Positions 1 through 13,281 of a stretch of DNA of 64,000 bases are shown here, piece by piece. Within the stretch, counting starts at the first letter, position 1. The number at the start of each line of letters is the position of its first letter. Both the position numbers and the translations under genes were made by a program. The stretch lies in the NCBI GenBank assembly GCA_002269645.1, contig NIVC01000498.1:1-64000 (forward strand), given 5' to 3'. This DNA is from Macrostomum lignano (lineage: Eukaryota). The notes beneath the pieces are model-generated. The model saw only the letters and a program-made list of their open reading frames with translations. It had not been told where the DNA came from and ran no database searches.

Positions 1-533
1 AGAACCTATTAAGAGCAAAACAAAGAGCATCGCCATTTCATTTAGCGCCGAAGTTTTCTTTCTTCAAACTCAAGGCATGCAGCATCAAAGGCTAGGGTTT
101 TTCGGCCAGAATTGAAAGATTTTCAAATAAGTATTGAATTCAGGATTTCGTAATATCGTCAACCGCTTATAAAACGCGCTTACGAAATGAAAATGACTGA
201 TTTCAAACATACGCAACACAGCCTTGCCTCGCAACTGAGACCTGAAAAATTGACTGCCATACACTCTGGTCATCCTAAGAAATGTATCAACCTCCTTATT
301 AAAAGTGTATATAGCATCCTAACCCTAGGAGACATATACACTTTTTAGAGGTAATACACCTTAGTGTATAAACATCCTTGACTGCTGTACGAATATCCTA
401 AACAATGTATAGGTCTCCTAAAGAACTGTATACCTCTCCTAGCAAAAGTGTACAAACCTCCTTGACAAACTGAAGCTTACTTTTTACCCTTAGAAATTAC
501 CCGAACCCTTACGAAAAGTTTATGGGCATCTAG

Positions 534-1700
534 TCAGGGGCCCCTAAAAAGTTACTAAAATACATACTATCCAGCTGCTAGGTTGCTCTTATGGACAGAT
601 GTAAAACTGGGACCTGCAAAATTGACTGCCATACACTCCAAGGCTTTTATTTCAATGTTGTACAGTGAAAAAAGCAAGAGTAAATAAAATAACATTTTTT
701 TAAAGATTTCCGACAAAATGGAAAGGACATTTGCATGCGCCGATGCATCTTCTTATAGTGGTTTAGATACGCATTAAGTCAGAATTCATTCTCGTCGGCA
801 AAAGCTCCTCAGAAGTTAGTAAACTTCTTACAGCAAGTGATTTTCGATGGAAGAAAGTGTCTACAGATGGCCTTTACGTCAGAAGAGTATGCTGCGCTTG
901 ATTTAAATTAACTACGTAACTGCTGCTACACATTATTTACTGAAACTAGTTACTAGCTTCTGAAACACTAGTCGGCAAGTATATGTGATGGGATTCGTTC
1001 TTAATCAACTTGGTACGAACTCAATCAACCTGTAGCCTGATATAAAGTTTCTCAGGGGCCCCTAAAAAGTTACTAAAATACTTACTATCCAGCTTGTAAG
1101 TTGCTCCTATGGACAGATGTAATGGATAGCGTCAGAAGAGTATGCTGCGCTTGATTTGATTTAACTACGTAACTGCTGCTACACATTAGTTACTAAATTA
1201 GTTACTGAAACACTAGTCGGCAAGTATATGTGATGGAATTCGTTCTTTTTCAACTTGGTACAACCAAAGTCCTTTGGAAATCTTTCACTGAGTATAGAGA
1301 GCGGCCATGCACATTTTCAGAAGGCTGTAGTCTGATATTAAAGTTGCTCAGGGGCCCCTAAAAAGTTACTAAAATACTTACTATCCAGCTTCTAGGTTGC
1401 TCCTATGGACAGATGTAATGGATAGCGTCAGAAGAGTATGCTGCGCTTGATTTGATTTAACTACGTAACTGCTGCTACACATTAGTTACTGAATTTGTTA
1501 CTGAAACACTAGTCGGCAAGTATATGTGATGGAATTCGTTCTTTTTCAACTTGGTACAACCAAAGTCCTTTGGAAATCTTTCACAGAGTATAGAGAGCGG
1601 CCATGCACATTTTCAGAAGGCTGTAGCCTGATATTAAAGTTGCTCAGGGGTCCCTAACCCTTACTAAAATACTTAGTATCCAGCTTCTAGGTTGCTCAGG
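534..1700. repeat. Tandem repeat, ~296-bp unit (about 2.2 adjacent copies plus a diverged upstream copy)
   Basis: Motif tcaggggcccctaaaaagttactaaaatac recurs at ~534, ~1052, ~1348 and ~1644; the last three are spaced 296 bp apart. Confidence 0.85.
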
Positions 1701-2040
1701 CTGCTTATTAGTAGTAGTAGCGTAACTGCGACGTCATTAAAATAATGCAAGACTGCCAACAGAATAACCTTTTCCCTCCTATATTACCTGCTGTTGGTGT
1801 ACAGCGGACATTTTGATGCTACAGGCATATGTTTATTCATTCACTTTCGGACAATGGGCGATGGTAAATCATAGTGATCAGGTAGTTATATTTAAACAGT
1901 TAGTGCAAAATTAGAGCTAAGGAGGGGCGAAGGCCGGATGTACGGATATTGACGATGGATGCAATTACACTATCTGAACTTATTTTTGAGAAAGTGTTTA
2001 TATGCTTATGTAAATGCATACAATGCATAAAATGCAGCTT

Positions 2041-2891
2041 TTAAAATCGGCTTGTTTCAACGTATATCCAGGCCGTGTTGGCCGCGAGTGCCAGCGAAAT
2101 GATGTCGGCGCTTCTTAGCCGTTGAATCTGATTGCGCCCTGAGTAGAAAAAATATTAAGAAAAGAAACCGTCGTTTACATTCTGCGTATACCATGCTACT
2201 ACCAAAGCAAGTAAAGTATAATTAACAAGTGTAGGGCAAAGAATCTAAACTCACCAACTGCTTGGCCATTAACGAATGTGCCATTGCTGCTCAGGTCTTT
2301 TATCACCGTCACGGGAGTGCCGCCAGCGTTATGCTACAAAACAACGGATAACTTGGTTTGATTGACTCATCTTGACTCATCGATTCTCAGGAGTCCCGAC
2401 TGTGAAATAAGACTTACCCTTTTTATCTCCAAATGCCTTCGTGAGTACAGAAGGATATTGGGATCATTTCCTTCCATCAACACTTCGGTACATGATATGT
2501 CCCGACCAATGGTGACGACATTTTCGTCATTCTTCAGAGCTGCGGGGTTACGAATGAATGACACTTCTATGTCTACTTCTCGATGATCTTCCTCGACGTC
2601 CTCGATGTCCGGCACATCACCATCCATACTCACTAGGCCCGAGTATTACCAAATGTCTTTTTACCAAGGTACCAAACGCACAAATGAGCAAAATGACTCA
2701 CCGACGTTTTTAAAAAAATTAGGCAAAGCGAATAGCCACCCATATGTCGGAGTGGTTGAAGCCACAGCTTCACTTGTGGTGCACTGTGGTGCGCTTGTGG
2801 TGCCAACTCCTGGTGCGTCACCTGTGCTGTCTGCAGCTGCCACCATGACGGCTGCGTCGGCCAGCAAATCTAGCGCAGAATTCTGAAGCAT
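2041..2891 (-). CDS. Four-exon FHA-domain-only protein (162 aa), Chk2-type FHA
   Basis: Exons 2891-2702, 2539-2418, 2333-2255 and 2138-2041 joined by GT-AG introns give 489 nt with no internal stop. FHA motifs: YGWLFAL..., VTIGRDISC, YSRRHLEI, IKDLSSNGTFVNG, GRNQIQRLRSADIISLAL. TAA follows the FHA directly, so no kinase domain is attached. Confidence 0.85.
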
Positions 2892-5800
2892 CAGATCTTG
2901 TTACTATGTTACTTGTTACATGTTACTGGATTCGATAAACATGTTCCTGGATTCGATAAAAATGTTACTGGATTTTTGGAAAATGCCCTTTTAGAACAGA
3001 CTGATTTTGGCATATCTTTGAAATTTGCCACTTATAAAATTAAAAAGCAAATTTAAAGCAATCAAGTATACTAAAAATATTTAAATCTTTCCTGGTTACT
3101 CTGGTTTCCTGGTGTTTTGTCTCTTCTAGACCTGAGCAGATCAAAGCACCTTTCTAAAGTAAATGTTAAAAATAAAGTGGATATTAAAAGTAGCTTCTTA
3201 ATCTATCAAATAGTTTACATATTATTAGATATAATGTATATAATGTACATATTAAATACAAAATATTACTCTTTTAATATTAGGTCTGTGTCTCTTTGTT
3301 TGAGCAACAAAGTAAAAACATTAAGGGAAACAAAGCAGCTTAAATTAACATTTGTACAAAAACAACATTATGACAACATTTGCTGACAACATTACACCAA
3401 CATTGTGGCAATGTTTTTGGCGTCTATGGTTCTTTTAAACTGGTCAAGCTTGCCGCAGTCCGTAATTTTAAGTATCCGTGATACTATTGTGAGCTCAAGC
3501 ATGTTCTGTTGCATGTCTGTGCAAAACTTTATTAACTGGACTTGAAGCAGAATGACCCTGACTTCGGCACATTTGGGCATGACATTGCAGTGCACAATGA
3601 CGTCCTAAATACTTGAACAGCAGAAAATGCGACCTCTAGCTGTGCATCGCCTAGACGTAAAACCTGAGTTGTTAGCCACCACTGAGCTGTGGTTGATTTT
3701 TACCTCTGAATATGCGTCTACAGCAGGACTGGGTAAGTATTGGTTCAGTCACTTCAGTCACTCGGTTCAGCGAGTACCAAAAGGTCTAACCCAGGATGTC
3801 CGAGTACTGAGTAACGAGCAGCTAAAAAGGGGACGAGTACCAAGTACTCGCCCAGATCTTTACACAATTTGTATAGCAAAAATGCAATACAATAAGCAAA
3901 ATCAAAAAGTGTACTGAGCTGCGCAGCTTTTTGACTGTAAAAGTTGATTTCCTATACTCGCCAAAACTCGATTATAAAGAAGTATTGAGTACGAAACACA
4001 CCAAGTATCCTGAGTACCGAGAACCAAGTACCGGTATCCCAACTATCGAGAACCGAGTACCGAATACTCGCCCAGCTGCAGGAAACATACGGTTATCCAA
4101 GACAAATTTTCTAAGCTGCTGTTGCTTCCGCCGATGTCATCTTCAGCATCTAGCTTTTTGTGGATGGTCTTGAAAACCGCTGTACGATTGAGCAGAACAG
4201 GGACAGCCAGTTGCGATGGCTCATTGCTAACTGCAGTTTCTGTTTCAGCAGCTGCGATGCCTAGTATCAGATAGACATATCACTTTCGGCAACCCAACTT
4301 GAAACAGCTCGCTTAACACATGCGCTGAATAAATCGCAGTCGAATAATAATGTGACACCAGCATCGTCATCAGAGATGACTTGAAACAATGTAGGTAGCA
4401 TCATAGTCGATACCCTGATAAAGACTTGAACCTAATAAAAAGTGCTCAATGGCAGGTTCTCCAGTCAGCGTAAGGTTGAGGAAGTGTGCAAACAAAAGCA
4501 TGGGCCTCGACAATTTAGCAAAGTTGGGTTTGCCTGCTGACACTTCCCTTGACTATAAAATTTCTTGGTTCTTTAGTATATTCATGTCCGTTTCTAAAGC
4601 AAAGCAACCATATCTTTGTAATTCTTTAACTGCTTCTACCATATTTTCTCCCGATTTTTAGTCATGTAGTTGAGTCAAGTTTTAGTTGAAGGGATTCGTT
4701 TCGGATCTTGACCTTTGATGACTGATATACTTTGTCTTGTGACTTCTAGGTGATAGTCCGCACGTTAAGTAGTATTTGTTCTCGCTATATGCTAATTCCA
4801 AAGACATTTAAACCCACCGGCCGCTCGCTCCAACTCCCCTACTGGACCAAAAAAGTTTGTCACTTTTAGTTTTTGAGTTGGTTGCTATGGGGTTGTGACA
4901 GTTGGAATTTCGTTGTAAACAAAAACACTCTAAACAAGTCTAAAAGTTTTCTTAGATAAGCACAACACTCAGCTACTAGAACAGGGAGTAATAGAAAAGT
5001 GACTCAGAATGGTCCTCACCTATAGTTCTCGTAAAGAAAAATGACGGGTCTCAACGACTGTGTATTGACTACGAGTCAGTCACTTAACTAATCAAGCCAT
5101 ACAGCTTCCCTTTATCACTGATTGAGGAACCCTTTGATAGCCTCGTCGGTTTAACTGTCTTCTCGAGCCTGGATGTGACATTTTAAAATGCTTCATTTTT
5201 CCCGAAACCGCTCGTCCAGTGCAATTTATTAATTAAACAGGGTCCTGATCAGACTTCAATCCAGCCTTTATTTCTGTTAATGGACGCTTGTTTCGGCTTG
5301 CGGGACATCATTCGCCTCACCATTGTCGCCTGTGAAAATGAATCAAACGGTTTTCCATCAGAATACGCAGAACCAAGCCGCCGGCAAAGTTTTGGCTAGC
5401 AGGCAAGTGTGCAGAACCTGGCCGCCCACAAAGCTCTAGGTGGCTAACATATGAATGGCGACGCTCCGCAACAGCTGAAACGGAGCTGGTAGCTGTATCT
5501 GGAATCAAGCTGAGTTTAGCGGCAGTTTCACCGCTGACGTCCGGAGTCGTGCCAGCTAATAGTTAGTCATTTTCGTTAGCTGTCACAATGAAGTGCAAAT
5601 GTGGTACACTATTAAGCAGGGCCATTAGTTATTTCTTACTAAGGCTGATTTTGCTGATTTCCTTGAACACGCCGAACAATATCTGACCAATTCGTCCACT
5701 CTCCTTTCGGTTTATCATAGTTCCATTCGCCTTCACTATCAGACTCTTCTAAAAATATTTTTCAACAAATTTGTCAGATAGCAATAGATTGACAGTTTTT

Positions 5801-6365
5801 GTTAAAGGAGATCGCTTGTAAGTGCAATTATCAAATAAGTACAGTCAGAAACCGGCCCTGGACTACAGTGGCTCGTATATTACTTTCGTTCAGATTTATC
5901 CATTAGCTATTTATAATACGTTAACTTATCAGATCTATTACTTTAGGAGAAACTTATGATAGTGTAATACTTTCTGAAACCCAAAGATTCCGAATCGTAG
6001 TGTTACTAAGTAAATAAAGGATCCCGTTGTTTGTCACATTTTTTACTCACTAATCTTAGCCTGGAGGAGAGTTGATACATTTTTTCGCAGCGTTGCTACT
6101 TTAGAATTCGGTTGTGCTGAAACACACGTAGGAGTTCCTACGAGGTATAATATAATTCGACGTCAAAGTATTCTTCATACCCTTTGATACCAACACCATA
6201 GATCTTATATTCCCTAAATAAGCCACTCAGCGACCACAAGCATGCCCACAGAGTCTTCGTCTTTCTTGAAACTTTTGCGACCACGGAATCAGATCAGTAG
6301 CTTGTGCGCGTATCATGGGTTTTAAAGGCACACGAGTATTTAGCTATTTTAGTATAGTGCGTAAT

Positions 6366-9322
6366 CAGGGTGACCGCGCTCCAGTAACTTTTTTCTTCCC
6401 TGACCAAATTAAATTTTCCCTAACACAATAAAAGTAATAGAAGAAGCTCAGTGATAGTTGTGCACAAAAATTTTATTGCAAGAAACTGTTGCGCATTAAA
6501 AAGTCAGCAATGTTGAGATTTATTTAATTTGAATTGAAGTTGAAACAGCGCATTTATTGGTAATTCGTTTGAATTATAATGAAAAATCAATGCACCGGAA
6601 ACTGACCACAAAAAAACTTAGTGTTTAATAATAAATCACATGACAAATAGCAAGTACTAACTTTAACTATTGTATGTTGCGCACAGTAAAACAAAATTAA
6701 GAGATGTAGCACTGTACTTAAAAATTGAGTTCAATGAGGAATCGTACCTTCAAGTGCTACAATTTCTTTCTCCACCTTCTCCACTTCTTCCTTTTTCTGT
6801 TGTGCAGCACGACGCAGTGCATTTGACTTCACGAGTAGGCTCATGTTTGAATCCGTCTCACATTGGTACACGAGGCTATCCGCATCTTTGGTGAGAACTG
6901 CAACATCAAGCAGGAGCTTCTTTCGCTTCGACTGGAGCTCCAGCACCGTTGCATCCTTCCTTTTCCTTGATTCCTCGTATTTCCGATGAGATGCTTCTGC
7001 TCGCTGCTGCTCCAACATGGCCCTACTCCTGGCAATTCTCACCTCTTTAACATCTCCTCGGTAACTTTCGCGATGATTTCAGCGGCAGTCTTTCCCTTTT
7101 GCCACTCGTACACAAGTCGGAGAGAACGAATGCTCAATCCCTGAAGATTTGGTTCTAAGCACTCTTTGTTGACACTGAAGCCGCGCTCAACAGCAGCATT
7201 CCCATGGAAGGTTGTCAGAACCATTTTCACAATGATCTGCAAATTATTGGTACTCGTTGAATCAGTGAAGAGGGAAGCAAAGAGGACATCAAGTCGGTCT
7301 GACTTATAGTCGAATTGAAACAGCTGAAGTCGATGCTCACGAACTGTATCAGTTCGAAACTGGGTGAACTCGGACTTTGCAGCGTCAGCTTCCTGTGCAG
7401 TGATGCGTCCCTTAGTGTAGGCTTCCAGGACAAGTGCATCAAAATCCGCTTGAGCCGGTGATGAGGATGGTGGGTCACTATCCAATTCTGCCACCAGCAC
7501 AGAAGGCTGCAAGCAACGAGATCCACGAACAAATGGATAGTTTAGTACGCATCTCTTCAGAAGATGCTTTGCTGTAGCGGTAACAAATGACTTGACATCC
7601 TTTCGAAAGCCAAGAATCTGGAGCCCGCTGACACCAGACTTCTGCAGGAGTGCCTGGGCAGCTGTACCAACATTAGTTAAACCAGCAGGCAGAAAATTGG
7701 CCTCGTCCTCGAAAACACCAGCTTGGTGAATAGCAAACTGTGATACAGTTTACAACAGCTTCAGAGCGGGAGGCTTCAAGACTGTATGAAACAGGCTTAC
7801 AAACAGTGCATGCACTCGGTCTGCCATGAAGGGCAGCATTGGTGACTCAGTTTGAAATTCTGTCAAAAAGTCGTTGAAAGGCTTGGTAATAAATAAAAAA
7901 ATGCAAACCTCGCCGCTTGCAATGGCCTTTTCGTGCAAGACTGCAGGAGCTCAAAGTGGCGGTTGCCACTGACATGTGCTTTCATTGCCTTATTCTGTGA
8001 AGTAGTTTGTACATAGGTACATAAGTCGGGCCAAATGGCAAGTGCACGCTCAGCAACAGTGACATTTTCTAGCCAACGACAGGCACAGAACTTGAGAGGG
8101 AACACACGTGTACCTGTGTCCTCAATGAAGTCTTTGCGACGTGCAGGCGCATCTTTGAACAGGTAGTACAAGGAGCTCAAAAGAGCTTCAATGTCCCAAC
8201 CACTGGCTAAGACACCCTGATTAAATTCTCTGTGGACTCGATGTAGAGAGCAGGATCCGCAGTGAATGATCTTTGCATCCGTAGTACTACTACTAGCAAC
8301 ATAGGCATCCAGTAGCTTGTGAAAGGCCCAGTTGACATTAGGTCCCTCCATGCCCACTTGCAATAGCTTGCTGACAGAGATGCCATTTAAAGATGCTAGG
8401 AAAGACTCCAAGAGATTTGCTGCAGTGCATGAAAGAAGAAATTGAGAAACGAAGTAAAATGTCTTTACTGGAGGCTCAGTTGAGTCTTCTTCCTCAGTCC
8501 AGACACGAACATAATGTCCATTTGCGATTGCTGCATGATTTTGTTTAAACTCTCGTCAAAGCTAACAGAAAAGAACCGTTGGTTATTCAAAATAGTTGTT
8601 AGCTGCTCCTTTAGGAATGGTGCCAATCCGAAGTAGATCATGTATCGGACTTTGTCGTAGCCAAGGGACATTTCCTTTGCAATGGCACTGTCAGTAAACA
8701 TGGCTTTGAATCGATCAGTAATTCCAGCTGCTGAGCGAAATGAAAAGTGCTCGTCTACCATGTAAAAAACCCATAGTAGCTCAGCTTGCTCAGCACTGTT
8801 CTTTAAACCTTTTAGTACTTCGTCATTTGTAGCAGCAACTGCAGCAACAGTACCGCCACTAGTAGTGCTGCCCGATGGCATACAGAATGCTCGAATACTT
8901 GATGTTGTTGCGACGGCACTCATCCGATTTAGATGAGTTTTTCCTTTAGCATGGGAAGTTAAGGCCATCTTTCCCATATTGGAAAGTTCGACTTTTTTCG
9001 CAGCTTTTGCAGTAAGCTGCATTTCGATTGCCCGAGTAGGAAGTCACCCAGGAGAATTCCTCTTCCCACTTTTTGTCATAGTAAGTTGTTTTTTGAAGTG
9101 GATAAAAAAAGATAAAAAATAACAATACATGGAACAAAGAAAAATGATTTACTATTCTAGCTACTTCGTGCTATCGATTAGCCTCTTTCTTGTCTCACAA
9201 TTTTTTTCTCCAATTTTCTAATTGACTTTCAAATTTTCCCTGACTTCCTAAGAATTTTCCTAACTTTCCCTGACTTTCCAGAGCACATTTTTCCCTGACT
9301 TTCCCTGACCGCGGTCACCCTG
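6366..9322 (-). mobile_element. hAT-like DNA transposon, 2957 bp, 13-bp TIR, 5-bp TSD
   Basis: TIR cagggtgaccgcg at 6366-6378 and its reverse complement at 9310-9322; TSD gtaat at 6361-6365 and 9323-9327; ttccctgac subterminal repeats near the right end. Confidence 0.9.
6731..9137 (-). pseudogene. Frameshifted hAT-like transposase
   Basis: Consecutive minus-strand ORFs carry a BED-like Zn finger (CKSC...HAKGKTH), FSVSFDESLN, GMEGPNVNW, CSLHRVH (CxxH), RWLEN and AAVERGFS. Confidence 0.8.
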
Positions 9323-9503
9323 GTAATGTTTCCTTACATTCTTGAGAAGCGGCTTCGGGGTCGCTTAACGCATCAATCCACGTCTGGGCAGCAGAGTCAC
9401 TCTTAGGGAAGTTGTGCAGCGAGATGTTGACTCCATCACTTATTGATGAAGACAATTTATACGTGCCGTAACCCCAAACACAGCAGCTCCTCGAATCCAG
9501 CAC
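9323..9503 (-). pseudogene. THAP zinc-finger N-terminus, interrupted by the hAT-like element
   Basis: RSCCVWGYG...SLHNFPKSDSAAQTWIDAL resembles the THAP C-x-x-x-x-C...FP...W pattern. The frame continues on the far side of the insertion (~6360 downward) with RRLCGHA after one TAG. Confidence 0.6.
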
Positions 9504-9769
9504 TCATTCTTCAATTTGTTTAATAGCAAAGCGCAAGGACGCGAGGACTGGTTGACTTTGTGTCTGTTGCAAATACTTTTGCAACCGCGGCAAAAATATG
9601 TTTATGTCCGTTTAGCTAGTGACCTCAGACTTGTCTCAAACGCTTTCGGCTTAATTAAATGTTTCTTGCACTTTGCGTGGTCTGTCATTTCTTATTGAAT
9701 TCATTGAGAGTGGCCTATCTAGGGAATATAAAATCTATGGGTACTACACCCTTATGAGAGCTTTTTAGC

Positions 9770-10720
9770 CAGAGCGCGTTGGCATAGGCACCTAACGGGA
9801 GCACTTTGGCGAGTGCACTTTGGCAACAGTAACTAACGGGAGCACTTTAGCGAGAGCACTCTGGCGACGGCATCTAATATGAGCATTTTGGCAAGAGCAC
9901 CTTAGCCTGCGCATTTTGGCGAATGTAGTTTAATCGTGTCAGTTTTAATAATACGGCTATTTTAATAATACTCATGCTTTAATAGTCTTGCCGGCTTAAT
10001 ACTACTATAATTTTAAACCTGTGATAGATTTTCCTATTAGATTGTACACCATAGACAGCCGGTTATAATTGGGAGCATTTAGGCAACAGCACTTTGGCGA
10101 TAGCAAATTGGCAAGAGCACTTTATCACACCACCTTTGGCAAGAGCGCGTTTACATATGTACCTAACGGGAGTAATTTTGCAACATCACCTAACGTACGT
10201 GTATTAGTATCGTTTTAGTAATAGTGTTGTTTTAATAATAGTGTCGTTTTAATAGAAGCGTTGTTTTAATGGTTGTGTCATTTTAATAATAGTGTCGTTT
10301 TAATAGTAGCGTCGTTTTATAAGTATAAGTCGAAGCTTTCTTTTGGAGTACCGCGGTTCACGGCTTATATTTGTCTCTAGCGAGCGCATGCAGACACTTG
10401 CTCATTGCGCTACTGTATTATTCAGCTCTTAAGGAAATAAAAGGTCCTACCCTAGACAATAGACATGCAGAGTAACTAAAGTCCGCTTAATGTTTTGTCT
10501 ATACACAACAATATTAGTGCAGTTTTAATAGTGTCTTTTTAATAATAGTGTCGTTTTAATAGTGTCGTCTTAATAAAATTGTCGTTTTATTAGTATTGTT
10601 TTAATTAAACTGTCCTTTTTTATTAGTGTCGCTTTAATATTAGTGTCGAAAATTAGTGTCGGTTTAATATTAGTGTCGAAAGTGTGTAAAATAGCATTGT
10701 TTTAGCAATAGTGTCTTTTA
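9770..10720. repeat. Degenerate short-unit repeat field (gagcactttggc and tagtgtcgttttaataa motifs)
   Basis: Many imperfect copies of gagcac(t)ttggc at 9770-10190 and of tagtgtcgttttaata at 10200-10720. Confidence 0.65.
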
Positions 10721-11339
10721 AATAATACTTTGTGATATTAAGATGTGACTTTTAAATAATATCTATGTAGTATAACTATATATTCTAAAGAGAAAAAATA
10801 CCTTCTTTATCAAAGTACACACAGCCAACAAGACCATAGTCTACATGTAAGCACCCACATTCAACTAAACAAGTTACGATAACAACGTGTCTATGGTCTT
10901 TTATATAAGACTGGGTTTGTAACTTGAAGGACACGTAGAGATGTATTCTTCACGCAAGCAACTGTGAACAAGCATATTGAAGCTTAAGAATTTTATAAAC
11001 CTTTTTACAGCAAGTCTAACTGACTCAGCTTAAAAACGGCCGAATCCAACGATGTCGCCTGTCCAGTCTGTCGCTTGATGGTCTCAAGAGCAAAAAGAAC
11101 AAGAGCTGTCTGTGGTAGTGGCTGCTAGCTAGAGCTAGCGTTGTTGCACTTTACCCAATCTTATCCTTTTTATGTCTATGGTAGCAACCAGCTATACGTT
11201 CTTAAGCTTTCGTTCTCAGCCTCTCAGATACATCATGTTATACCATGATACCTATAACATGATACCTCATGTTATAATTTCCTGTGCTTGAATAAACTCT
11301 GCCGACAGCTTCGTTCAAACTACGACAATGGAAATCTGG

Positions 11340-12079
11340 ATCTTGCTGACACGGTTCATGCATTAACCTGGATCAAGGCATTTAAAGCCTTGGCTCGAAC
11401 CAAGAAGTGAGAAGATAAAGAAACTGATCGACAAATCACGGACAACTTTTTAGCGCTCTGTGGACTAGCAGCTCTCGAAAAAGTTACTCATCTTGTCGCA
11501 CCGAAAGAAGTGGAAGCACACACCTTTGCGGAGCTGGAGACTGCCATTACGAACTTTCTGCAACCCCAAAAGCACCTTGTCGTTGCTGAGAGAACTAAAT
11601 TCTTCACGCTACGTCAAGCTGCCGATGAGCCCATTACGGAGTTCCTTTCTCGCTTAAGGAAGGGGGCCATGCACTGCGAGTTCGATGCTCTAAAAACCTG
11701 CACCAGCCCGGAGGAGGAAATGGTACGTCTGATGCTCATCTCTGGCCTGCGGAACCCAGAAGATCAACGACGCATTCTGGGAGCAATGCAAACGAAAGAC
11801 TTGAAGATCACCGAAATCGTGGATATAGTCAGGACTATCGAACAAGTGACGAAGTTCGTAGACAGCAGGGATCTTCGAAACGCTGACACAGAGCCTACCC
11901 AAGAAGGACACTCCATCAACTTCGCAGGGAAGGGAGATCGGCAGCATCGAGGCGGTAGCGTGACCATGACCCATGAACGGCACATAGGCGACTGCAAGTT
12001 TTGTGGCAGATCTCACCCAGCTGGCAAATGCCCGGCTTACGGCAAGACATTCAACAGATGCAACAAAGCTAGCTCTTGA
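11340..12079 (+). pseudogene. Gypsy gag with Cys/His knuckles
   Basis: VVAERTKFF...QAADEPITEFLSRLR and CKFCGRSH...CPAYGKTFNRC; one in-frame TGA upstream of the called ORF. Confidence 0.85.
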
Positions 12080-12099
12080 TCTTGAGCCTAGCAGTACCT

Positions 12100-13281
12100 T
12101 TTGGGCGGTAAACTGCGTTGCGTTTGAATCCCCAGCCATCGATCCACACAGAATAATATCCGAAATGGAGTCAGACAGACTCCTTCAACGAATAGTTCGC
12201 CGCATTCGGTCTGGTGACTGGCGAGACTGCACACAAGCAGAGGCAGCCTTTAAGAAAGTCGCGGAATGCCTGACCCTAGAGAATGGCCTGATCTACATGC
12301 GCCGCCGAGCATTCATTCCACCAAGGCTCAGACGAGAGGCCTTCGACGCAGTGCATGACACTCATACGGGTTCCAACGCAGCGCACAAGTTGCTTGCACA
12401 GACCTGTTGGTGGCCCGGTATGCAGAAGGACGTGGAGCAATTCGTTCATCAATGCAGGCATGCACTCAGTTAAGACCTCGTCTACAAAAAACTCAGGACA
12501 CTTGGCCACCTGCCACCGCTCCATTTCAAAGAGTGCACATGGACTGGGCTTTTGTACCAGCCGTTGGCAACATTCTCATCGTGGTTGATGCGTACTCGGG
12601 CTGGATAGAAGCTTTCCCCACAAAGGACAGATCAGCAGACAGTGTCATCAACTCGCTGCGAACGGTTTTTACTCGCTTTGGTGTTCCGGAGCTGGTTGTT
12701 TCGGACAACGCAGCGGAGTTCACCTCGGCTCCACTATTGGCCTGGTTGGAAAAGAACGGTGCTCGTAAGATGGAGAGCCCTCTATATTCCCCTCAATCTA
12801 ATGGTGCAGCTGAGCGAACCGTCCAGACTGTCAGGAAGGCCCTGCAGGCATGGACCCAGCGTCTAACACATGGCAGCTTTATCGCTTTTTTGCAGAGGGC
12901 TCTGCTACATCATCGCAATTCTTCAACTTCACGCGGACGAACCCCTGCCGAGCTCGTGCTAGGACGGCGACTTCGGGTTCCGGTGGTCTCCACCTTCCAG
13001 CAGGGCGACCCGGTGCAGTTCAAGGGTGCGACACCACCAGCTCTCGAGCTGAGTTCCTGATGTCGCAAGGGCGCAATACCTCCTGGCTGCTGACGGGCGC
13101 CAAACTACACCTGGCTTCAAACAATCAATTCGGCTCGCTGGCTCCTGCCTCTGAAGCCGATGAGGAAGAAGAGGAAGTTCACCAACAACCACAAACTAAT
13201 ATGCCGGAGATTCCCCCAGAGATCGCTCCGACAAGAAGAAGCACTAGGGTGAGGAATCCCCCAAATCGCCTTGTGCCATAG
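12100..13281 (+). pseudogene. Gypsy integrase (Zn-binding domain plus rve core), frameshifted
   Basis: HDTHTG...CWWPGMQKDVEQFVHQC; FQRVHMDWA, VSDNAAEF, YSPQSNGAAERTVQT; split over ORFs 12003, 12407 and 12850. Confidence 0.9.

Noticed and set aside
2367-2663. Two in-frame TAA codons between ORFs 2661-2891 and 2367-2633 as stop readthrough or an alternative code
   Set aside because: Both lie inside a GT-AG intron (2701-2540).
4170-5800. Minus-strand peptide-like fragments downstream of the THAP ORF as a P-element transposase
   Set aside because: No recognisable catalytic motifs and frequent stops; cannot be supported without a profile search.
10800-10925. GNAT-like peptide (DNNVSMVFYIRLGL)
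   Set aside because: Short, flanked by stops, and no other acetyltransferase motif is present.
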